Source of the DNA: a virus
IMG/VR virus record: IMGVR_UViG_3300030329_006606
Span: 24,817 to 88,816 of that record
DNA length: 64,000 bases
Direction: 5' to 3' (one strand)
In this document: in pieces, positions 18,395 through 26,800 of the stretch
Layout: each line of letters begins with the position of its first letter
How positions within the stretch are numbered: the stretch's first letter is position 1
Position numbers and translations under genes: made by a program
The notes under the pieces: model-generated
The model's input: the letters and a program-made list of their open reading frames with translations, nothing else
Told to the model about the DNA's origin: nothing
Databases searched by the model: none

Positions 18395-19177
18395 ATGGAA
18401 ACAAAAAATATACAAATATCGCCCGACGATTTCAAAGGTAAAAGCCTATACGTTGGAACTCCCTGCTTTGGAGGGAACGCTCGTGTAGAATTCGTTAAGT
18501 CCTTATTTGACCTAACACACCTTTGTGCTCAACTCGGTATACCATTCACAATGAATCTACCAAAAGACGAAAGTCTAATTACTAGAGCTAGAAACAAAAT
18601 TGTTTCCCAGTATATGTCCACGGAAAAGACGCATTTAATTTTTATTGACGCAGACATTGAATTTAACGCGTTGGATGTCATAAAACTACTATATCACGAC
18701 AAAGATGTTGTTTGTGGAGCATACCCTTTTAAAAATCTTCCGCCAAGTTATGTAGTAAAACCTAAAAAATCCTCAAACGAGGAGGTGCTTGTCGAGGTTG
18801 AATGGACAGGGACAGGATTTATGATGATAAATCGCAATACGTTTTTAAAGCTTTTTGAAAAAAATGAAGATTTAAAGTGTGACCTAACAAAAGCCCATGC
18901 CACTGGCCAAATACAGTACCACCCTAAGCTGGCCGCAGAAAGCGTGGAGATTGAAAAAATTAAAAATAAATATTATTATGATTTATTCGGTGTTATGATC
19001 GAAGAAAAGGATGGCTGGAGGAACTACCTCTCAGAAGACTATACGTTTTGCAGAAGATGGCAAAAAATTGGTGGTAAAATATATGTTGACCCTAGCATTA
19101 AGTTAAATCACATAGGCACACACACATACGAAGGCTCCGTTGAAGAATTAAACAAAGTAATAGAACAAAACTCTTGA
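18395..19177 (+). CDS. GT-A fold glycosyltransferase-like protein
   Basis: GTPCFGG, ESLITRARN, FIDADI (DxD), GTGFMMI.R, LSEDY.FC..W...GG, L.H.G. Confidence 0.75.
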   Translation: METKNIQISPDDFKGKSLYVGTPCFGGNARVEFVKSLFDLTHLCAQLGIPFTMNLPKDESLITRARNKIVSQYMSTEKTHLIFIDADIEFNALDVIKLLYHDKDVVCGAYPFKNLPPSYVVKPKKSSNEEVLVEVEWTGTGFMMINRNTFLKLFEKNEDLKCDLTKAHATGQIQYHPKLAAESVEIEKIKNKYYYDLFGVMIEEKDGWRNYLSEDYTFCRRWQKIGGKIYVDPSIKLNHIGTHTYEGSVEELNKVIEQNS

Positions 19178-19201
19178 CAATACTAAAAAACCCCCTATAA
19201 T
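19174..19201 (+). promoter_or_regulatory. consensus sigma70 promoter TTGACA-N16-TATAAT
   Basis: Both hexamers are perfect; 9 nt before ATG 19211. Confidence 0.8.
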
Positions 19202-19210
19202 AATAACAGT

Positions 19211-19759
19211 ATGATACACTTCTACAAACCAAACGCCAAAGTAACTGGAACCGCTTGTTCTTTTTACTTAAATTACAGAGATAACTCCTTTTTCTCTACC
19301 TTAATGAAGCAAGCTTCTTGGGATAGCTCTAAGAAGATAGGGAGATTCCATAAGGATAAGCCAGAATTCAAGGTTAATGTGAAATACAGCCCCAAAGAAA
19401 TAGCTGGGTTCATTAACTCAATCGAAAAAAACGAAGAATGCAACGGTTACCACGGCAGCAATCAGATTGTAAAATATAAGTTTGCTCCCTATTTGAGAGA
19501 CAACAAACAAATTGGTTTCTCCTACCTAGTAACCAAAGAATCCAAGGAAGATTCCACCAACAAGGTTAGTTTCATTATTGGATTTGACTACGCTGAGACT
19601 CTGCAACTCAGAGAGCATTTGAAATTTTTACTACACGAAAGCTTCAAAATTACCGACGCTAGCCATCAAGCCTCGGTCACAAAGAAGTCGTTTGTAAACG
19701 AAGAGCCTCCGCCTCCCTCGGTTTCGGAAGATCAAGTTGAAGATGACGACCTCTGGTAA
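19211..19759 (+). CDS. putative single-stranded DNA-binding protein
   Basis: Aromatic/basic beta-rich core, Pro-rich linker and acidic-aromatic tail EDQVEDDDLW; located in the replication arm under a strong promoter. Confidence 0.45.
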   Translation: MIHFYKPNAKVTGTACSFYLNYRDNSFFSTLMKQASWDSSKKIGRFHKDKPEFKVNVKYSPKEIAGFINSIEKNEECNGYHGSNQIVKYKFAPYLRDNKQIGFSYLVTKESKEDSTNKVSFIIGFDYAETLQLREHLKFLLHESFKITDASHQASVTKKSFVNEEPPPPSVSEDQVEDDDLW

Positions 19760-21464
19760 AAAAAAGAAGGTTTTATTCCAAACGGACTTTAGCCTTGCAA
19801 AGACTGGCTTTGGCAGAAACGCCAAAGCCGTTCTCAGTTATTTATACAAAACAAATAAATACGATATAGTACATTACTGTGCTGGGATGAGAGAGAATAA
19901 CCCAAGCCTTTCTCGTACACCTTGGAAATCTATAGGAGCAATACCTACCGACCCATTTGTGGTAGAAAAAATAGAGCAAGACGAAGAGGCGATGAAGCTC
20001 GCTGTTTACGGAAACTACCGCCTTGACGAAGTAATAAATTCAGAAAAACCAGATATTTATATTGCAGCGCAAGATATTTGGGGTATAGATTTTGCCGTAA
20101 AGAAGCCTTGGTTTAATAAAATCTCCTCAGTATTTTGGACAACACTAGACTCACTGCCCATATTACCAAGCGCAGTTCAACTTGGAGATCAAGTCGAAAA
20201 TTACTGGGTTTGGTCAAGCTTTGCAACTAACGCACTTCATGAGCACGGACATAACCATGTTAAAACGGTTCACGGACCGATAGAGAGCCAATACTTTTAC
20301 AGATTCTCAGACGAAAAAAGAGAGTTACGCCGGAAAAGTTTAAACATTCCCCAAGATTCATTTATAATTGGCTTTGTTTTTAGAAACCAACTTAGAAAAT
20401 CCGTTCCCAATCTTCTTCAAGGGTATAAGCTGTGGAAAGAAAAGCAAAAACCCGTCAGACCTACGTTCCTATATCTTCACACAGACTTTGGCGAGGGCTG
20501 GAACATCTTAGAAAGGGCTGATGAATTTGGAGTTTCACACAAAGAAATAATTTGCACTTATGTATGTGACTCCTGTAAAAATTACGACGTTGGACAATTC
20601 CGTGGATTAGGTGTGGAGTGCCCCTTCTGTGGAGAAAAAAAATCCATGAGCACAATATCTCCACAAAACGCCGTAACAGAAAAAGAACTGAATGAGATAT
20701 ACAATATAATGGATGTCTACGTACACCCATTTACATCAGGAGGCCAAGAGATCCCCATACAAGAAGCTAAGCTTACAGAGCTTGTAACATTGGTTACCAA
20801 TTATAGTTGTGGAGAAGAAATGTGCCAAAAGGATGCGTACTCCATACCGCTAGAGTGGTTTGAATACCGTGAACCCGGAACAGAGTTCATAAAGGCATCA
20901 ACTGATCCAGAATCTATAGCTGAAGGATTATTTCTAGCATACTCCATGTCCAAAGACAAAATTAGAGACATGGGAAAAAAAGCTAGGGATTGGACGTTAG
21001 AAAATTATTCTATAGACTCAATAGGGCCAAAGCTCGAAGAGTTTCTAGACGATTGCCCATTCACGAATTATGATTTCCCAGAAAACGAAGAGGAAGAAGA
21101 AAAGATTAGCATAGAAGATATGCTGTCAGATGATGATAAAGGACGCAGAATCCTTTACGTTATACCAAGAACAGAAAGAGATGTTTTCCTTTCTACGAGT
21201 TTATTCAAATCTATTAAAGAGCAGTACCCAGACCACAATCTTTACGTTGCTACAGAAAAAGCGTTCTTCCCTGTCCTAGACGGGAACCCCCATGTTCATA
21301 GGGTCTTAGAATACTCTCCCCAAATGGACAACCTTTTCTGGTTAGAGGGAAGGGGAGATCACGACGGCTATTTTGAAATAGCCTTCTTGCCTCATGTTAA
21401 TACCCAGAGAATGATAACTTTCCCACATAACGGAAAAGATAAGATAGCTTTTAACTTAACATAA
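19737..21464 (+). CDS. GT-B (GT4-like) glycosyltransferase with CxxC..CxxC insert and a C-terminal GT9-like segment
   Basis: TGFGRN, RNQLRK, LYLHT, LNEIYN.MDV.VHPFTSGGQEIPIQEA, CDSC/CPFC; C-terminal RDVFLST.L..SIKEQYP...V...L.GNPHV. Start codon uncertain. Confidence 0.8.
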   Translation: MKMTTSGKKKKVLFQTDFSLAKTGFGRNAKAVLSYLYKTNKYDIVHYCAGMRENNPSLSRTPWKSIGAIPTDPFVVEKIEQDEEAMKLAVYGNYRLDEVINSEKPDIYIAAQDIWGIDFAVKKPWFNKISSVFWTTLDSLPILPSAVQLGDQVENYWVWSSFATNALHEHGHNHVKTVHGPIESQYFYRFSDEKRELRRKSLNIPQDSFIIGFVFRNQLRKSVPNLLQGYKLWKEKQKPVRPTFLYLHTDFGEGWNILERADEFGVSHKEIICTYVCDSCKNYDVGQFRGLGVECPFCGEKKSMSTISPQNAVTEKELNEIYNIMDVYVHPFTSGGQEIPIQEAKLTELVTLVTNYSCGEEMCQKDAYSIPLEWFEYREPGTEFIKASTDPESIAEGLFLAYSMSKDKIRDMGKKARDWTLENYSIDSIGPKLEEFLDDCPFTNYDFPENEEEEEKISIEDMLSDDDKGRRILYVIPRTERDVFLSTSLFKSIKEQYPDHNLYVATEKAFFPVLDGNPHVHRVLEYSPQMDNLFWLEGRGDHDGYFEIAFLPHVNTQRMITFPHNGKDKIAFNLT

Positions 21465-21465
21465 C

Positions 21466-22620
21466 ATGCACATACTAGAGTCATATGCGCTAAGTAGCGG
21501 AGCAAAAATTGATAAACCATACATATATGGTAAATTTTATCCATTACCTTTTGACAAGTACATAGTCCTTGCAAATTTTAGATATAAATATTTTCAGGAA
21601 GTTATAGATATAATCCACCCGAAGCTCTCTGAAAAAGGTATCCATATTGTACATCTGTCTAACGCTTCTCATAGTTTTAAAAACGTGTACAAAGTTTCTG
21701 AGTTCGACCCTAATCAGTCAGCTTATATAATTAACAGGAGCTTGGGGTGCGTTGGTGAAAGTAGCTTCTTTACGGATTTGTCATCTTTTTATAACAAGAA
21801 AACGGTTTGCTTGTACTCAAACACATACATACAAAACGTAAAACCTTACTGGGCGAAAGAGGATGAATTATCAAATATAGAATCTTACAAAGACGGAAAA
21901 AAACCCTCATTCAATACGCAGGAGGACGCAAGCTTAATAAACTCCATTAAACCAGAGCAGATTGCAAAAGAGATACTAGAAAAGTTTAACCTAACATTTG
22001 ACTTTCAGTACGAGACGCTATACTTCGGCGAAGGCTACGACCAAAATACCCCTGTTTTTGATGTCATACCTGACGATTATCCGCCCTTCATTCTAGAGAC
22101 AAACGAAGCGTCGATAAGGATGGATTTAAATCATGATGAAGACTTCATGCTGAGACAGTGCCAACACATGACCTACGATATTTACGCGGACAAGCCCATC
22201 TCTAGAGAAGTTTTACTGGCAACCAAACACAACATCCGCGAGTTCTATTATGTGATAAAGTCGGAAGATTACCCAGACTTCGTTTCTCTCTTAACCAAGC
22301 TGGCTATAAATGTAACGCTTATATCATTCCTTAAAGAAGAGGACTTGACCAGTAAAAAGATAAATTATATGGATTACGACCCCATTCTCAATTACCAAGT
22401 AAAAGAAATGGCGGAGATAGATCAATTAAAAGGAGAAGATTGTGAAAATTTATTTTATATTTCAAATAAAATTATCATAGACAAAGGAATGCTCTTCCCC
22501 AGCGAACACGCTTGGAAAAATAAGATCGCCATCAATTCTTCGCAAGAGATTGTTAGTTTCAAAAATGATCCAGATTTGCTGATAGATTTACCGTTTCTAA
22601 GGGTCTTAAAGAGAACTTAA
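21466..22620 (+). CDS. GT9-like glycosyltransferase fragment / hypothetical protein
   Basis: Y..FQEVI..I, Q.AYII..S...VG.SSF..DL......TV.LYS resemble the C-terminal half of GT9-type enzymes. Confidence 0.45.
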   Translation: MHILESYALSSGAKIDKPYIYGKFYPLPFDKYIVLANFRYKYFQEVIDIIHPKLSEKGIHIVHLSNASHSFKNVYKVSEFDPNQSAYIINRSLGCVGESSFFTDLSSFYNKKTVCLYSNTYIQNVKPYWAKEDELSNIESYKDGKKPSFNTQEDASLINSIKPEQIAKEILEKFNLTFDFQYETLYFGEGYDQNTPVFDVIPDDYPPFILETNEASIRMDLNHDEDFMLRQCQHMTYDIYADKPISREVLLATKHNIREFYYVIKSEDYPDFVSLLTKLAINVTLISFLKEEDLTSKKINYMDYDPILNYQVKEMAEIDQLKGEDCENLFYISNKIIIDKGMLFPSEHAWKNKIAINSSQEIVSFKNDPDLLIDLPFLRVLKRT

Positions 22621-22624
22621 TGTC

Positions 22625-22652
22625 TTGACAATATATAAATATGTCGTATCAT
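22625..22652 (+). promoter_or_regulatory. sigma70-like promoter TTGACA-N16-TATCAT, 6 nt before ATG 22659
   Basis: Shares ATGTCGTAYCATT..AGTATG with the promoter at 12431. Confidence 0.7.
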
Positions 22653-22658
22653 TTAAGT

Positions 22659-23369
22659 ATGAGCAAGCTAAAAAAAATCAAAAGAAACGCTGAAGGTCTC
22701 CTGACTGATGTAGATTACAAATTCTCAGAAGAAGGCCTAATTGATTGGCGAAAAATGATAGATAACAAGTGGCTTGTTCCAAACAGGCAGCGCACAGAAG
22801 AAACGGACGTATCAAAACTAAATGACTATGAACTTATCATTCTCCTAGGAGGCATCAAAGAACTTGCCCAAATCCGCGGCTTTACTGACGTAAAATATTC
22901 CGTGGTTTCGCCTAGTGCGGATTATGTGGTTGCCACATGCACAATCAGTTGGATTCCTAATTACGAAACCGAAGGAAAAGAAGTTTCATTTTCTGCAATA
23001 GGTGACGCATCCCCACAAAATACCAGTGGCTTTGGCCAAATGTTTTTGGCTGCATGCGCAGAAAATAGATCATTCGTACGTTGTGTCCGCAATTTTCTAA
23101 GAATTAATATCGTAGCTCAAGAAGAATTGGCCAAGATGGTCGCTGGAAAATCTTCCTACACCCCTCCTACTCCAGCGGTTGAAGAAAACCAGACTTCCCC
23201 CAGCTACCTCTTAAAGAAGGTTATGAAGGAAAAGTCGATTACATTTGAATCAGTTAAAAAGAAGCTCGTCAAAGAAAAATTTGAGGGGCTGGAGAAGATT
23301 AAAGGAGTAGACGACATTCCGAAGTTTAAAATGTTTGAACTAATAGAGAGAATTAAGACGATTAAATAG
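22659..23369 (+). CDS. putative Rad52/Erf-like single-strand annealing protein
   Basis: GIKELA..RG, VATCTI, FSAIGDA...N, AENRSFVRCVR.FL.I pattern and a helical C-terminal tail. Confidence 0.45.
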   Translation: MSKLKKIKRNAEGLLTDVDYKFSEEGLIDWRKMIDNKWLVPNRQRTEETDVSKLNDYELIILLGGIKELAQIRGFTDVKYSVVSPSADYVVATCTISWIPNYETEGKEVSFSAIGDASPQNTSGFGQMFLAACAENRSFVRCVRNFLRINIVAQEELAKMVAGKSSYTPPTPAVEENQTSPSYLLKKVMKEKSITFESVKKKLVKEKFEGLEKIKGVDDIPKFKMFELIERIKTIK

Positions 23370-23401
23370 GTTTATACCGCAAGATGAATAAATATTAATA
23401 A

Positions 23402-23575
23402 TTATTTATCAGTAAATTTTTTTTCGAACTCTCTTTTTATGCTGCCTATTACGAAGTGAGCCTTTGTGGCGAATTTCTTTTCTGATACGCTCGTACTATT
23501 TTTTGCCTGAATAACATATTCCCTGTCTAGGGCTTCTAGGACTTTCATAATTTCATATTCAGACATATACTTCAT
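23402..23575 (-). CDS. hypothetical 57-aa protein; not in the ORF track
   Basis: Translated by hand: MKYMSEYEIMKVLEALDREYVIQAKNSTSVSEKKFATKAHFVIGSIKREFEKKFTDK. GTGTAAT motif 10 nt upstream. Confidence 0.5.
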   Translation of the reverse strand: MKYMSEYEIMKVLEALDREYVIQAKNSTSVSEKKFATKAHFVIGSIKREFEKKFTDK

Positions 23576-23585
23576 CCTAAAAATT

Positions 23586-23600
23586 ATTACACATTTTTTT
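23586..23600 (-). promoter_or_regulatory. putative late-promoter motif A-tract-GTGTAAT
   Basis: AAAAAAATGTGTAAT on the minus strand; the motif recurs at three other gene starts. Confidence 0.5.
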
Positions 23601-23631
23601 AATTTTTACTAAACACTATTGTTAAAAAAAG

Positions 23632-23844
23632 TTAAGCTTCTGTAATAACTTCGTACTCTGTTCTTCTGTCTTCTAAAAATCCTTCGTCATACATATATTG
23701 TATTATGTTTGATATATCGTCACGCTCGACTCTTTGTTCTGGATCGTATATGTATATTCTTTTATTTTTCCAACAGCCATTGGGGTAATGAATGTTGGGT
23801 TCTTCCTTGATTTCTACATCCCAATTATATACTTTAAGTTTCAT
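23632..23844 (-). CDS. hypothetical protein (70 aa)
   Basis: MKLKVYNW start overlaps the stop of the 1442-aa gene (TAATG). Confidence 0.6.
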   Translation of the reverse strand: MKLKVYNWDVEIKEEPNIHYPNGCWKNKRIYIYDPEQRVERDDISNIIQYMYDEGFLEDRRTEYEVITEA

Positions 23845-26800
23845 TATTGTGGGCAATCTTCAGCTTCAGCATGTCTCCAATTTGTGTCGTCCAATCGGTC
23901 ATTTGTGTCTATGGGGGGATTATTTAAATTGTTGTTAGTTAGAGATACAAAACTCGTCCCTTGGTAACATACGACAGCGCCGACACTGTAACTAGTTACA
24001 GAATCCCAAGCATTAACCCCTTCCTCTCCACAGCAAGAATCGTCCGCATCATTTTGGCATGCTCCCGCTGTTTGTCCGGGCATACACGTAACTGAAGTAT
24101 AATCACAACAATCACTTATATTCCATCCGCTCCATAGACAATTATAGAATGTCCAATCACCAGTAGTATCCACCCAAGTTGACCCCGAAGCATTATATGT
24201 AGCCTCTGATATGGGGTAGGCACTAGCACAAACCGTATCTCCACCCGGGATTGTGACCAATCCATGGTTACAAGCTTGATTATTTAGGCAGCCTACGCTA
24301 TGATTATCCTTACACTCCTTAGTATAGTAGGTGCAGCCCTCCTCAGGCCAACAAGTTTCCAACCTAAAGTAATCATATCCACTCGGACAGGATGGATCAG
24401 GATCACCGGTACTGTTTGTACAATTAGCGTTCGCTGTAACAGATATCGGACCGTTGTTCGGACAATTGGCCGCAGCGCCAAAATTTGCTCCAAGACACAT
24501 ATTTAATCCCACGGGAAACGGGAAGATGGGCGACGTGACGGGGAAAAAAGGCATGTAATCAATGGAGGCCGCCACGTAATTTCCGTTTGTTATGGCCCAA
24601 TACTTTTTGACACCAATATCAAGTGACTCAAGCTTAATAGCGCCATTAACCGTACCGTCATGATTCATAAGGTTGAACACCGCTGGATAAGGCCAGGGGT
24701 TTGTGGCGTGGTAACATGGCAAAACCTCGTTTATATAAGTTCCATTATACTGTGAATCTGACCCTGTGAAACCAGAGACATCGACACAACACCTATTTGT
24801 AGGTTCACCGCTACAATTTGATTGCGAAACTAATGCCGCGTCAAATGCAGCGTCTGCAGGGTTTGGGTTATTTTGCTGACAAAGATCTATATAAGTTTCA
24901 ATCGGCACGCTCCAATTAAATGTACACGGATCACCCGCTTCTATACCTTGGTCCGAAGAATTTGCGCTTATATAGTAACTTCCTGCGTCCGTGTCACACC
25001 TCAGACAACAATCCCCCGGCGGAGCAGTTGTGGTTGTTGAGGTTGTCGTCACCACGACCGGCGGATCACAACACAACACAATAAATTCGTTACCACCAGC
25101 ATAATCATCTTGCTCCGCTGTATTGAAACCAGCGAACGCATTCCAATTAAAAGTTATTACCCCACCCGGGGGCACCTCTTGCCCGTTAACGGTTATACAC
25201 CCCGTTTGTCCAGTGTTTGTAAATTTAGCAGTTTTAGTCAGATCTGCGGGGTTAACCTGAGGAGCACAATCAGAGTACTGATTATACCAAACTTTGAAAG
25301 TTTTATCCTCCGTATAACTACCCGTAGCAATCTCAGGGCTTGGAGGCGCCGCTTCACAATCAGGATGAGCATCTACATTAAGAGACATAGCGCCTTCGTT
25401 CATGTTGTCCCACCATACTGTAGGATCATTACCCACCTTAACGTATAAATCTAAATCAGGACACCCATTCTGCACCAAAGGGGTCGGCGTTGTTCCTGTC
25501 GTCGTCGTTGTCGGTGCAACAGTCGTAGTAGTTGTTGTCGCTGTTCGATAGCATGGATCACACGGAAAAACAGGGGACACCAAACACAAACAGGGGTAGA
25601 AACTTGCGTACTCTGGAGCAGTATCCGTGGAGATCCAAACATAATCACCATACGCCGAATCCGTACCCTTGTGTGACGTAATGGGCGGCGACTGGATCGG
25701 ATGATTCCAGAACGGATCATTACTGTCTATAACTTTATACGTGGTCACCGATTGTTGCGCCTCCTCCAATGCACAACCCGGAACTGAACCAGCGCCGTGT
25801 GCATAAAGAATATCACCAGCATTAATACCTTCATTACTATTAAGCCATTTTTTAACGGGTTGGGCCTGCGGCGGACACTGACCGGGTGGGTAACAGGCAC
25901 TATTCCCCCATCCCCCTAGCCCCGGAGTCCATGTTTGACTATAACAGTTATTTGCCCCACAACATTCACATGGACAAGGATCTGGAGTTGTTGTCGTTCC
26001 CGCCGCGGTTGTTGTTGTCGTTCCCGCCGCGGTTGTTGTCGTTCCCGCCGCGGTTGTTGTTGTCGGCGCTGCGGTTGTTGTTGTCGTGGCCCCACCACAC
26101 TCACAATCATCACCCGCGCCAGTCATATCATTACAACTATTACCCATCCAGTGGTCTTGTATTACATCCGCATTATCACAATCAAGATTCGTAACGCTTA
26201 TATTACCAATGCATTGGCCCCCGATCTTTACGCACTCAAAGCAGTCATCGCCGTTGCCGGTATCTTCACACGCACCATGACAGTCCTCTCCTGTGGTTCC
26301 ATAATTGTCACAAAAAGTTACTTGCTGTCCATCGCAAACCCTAGTGCCAGAGTATACTCTTTTATGACAACCCTGACGCAGTGCCGGTGAGCACACTTGA
26401 GGACATGAGCCGGTACATAGCGGACACATATATACTTCATGATGGATAAGCCAAGACTGCCCCGTTACTCTTTTGTACCCCCACTGCCAACAACATGGGT
26501 CGTTTGAAATTGAATTATTTGCAATCCAAGTATCCACCATTCCCTGAATATGATTGACAATCATAGTTTGAGTAGGAAAATTGGTTATCCCTGCATTATA
26601 AAAATGTTGAAGCGTAATAGTTTGGTTATGCCCACAACCGGACCCAGTACTTGAGCCATTCCACCCAGAAGGACAAGACGTCGTAGTGGTCCCAGAAGCC
26701 GTCGTAGTGGTCCCAGAAGCCGTCGTAGTGGTCCCAGAGGAGCAAGCATTACAGTTTGAGTCTACGTCCCAATAACCACCTTGACCAGTAAAAGCTATTT

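Noticed and set aside
12447-22661. ORF-track starts MSYH at 12447 and 22641
   Set aside because: These ATGs lie inside the promoter spacer (ATGTCGTAYCAT); the likely starts are 12465 and 22659.
23370-23401. Bidirectional terminator at the convergence of the two arms
   Set aside because: Only an imperfect AT-rich inverted repeat; no GC stem with U-tracts.
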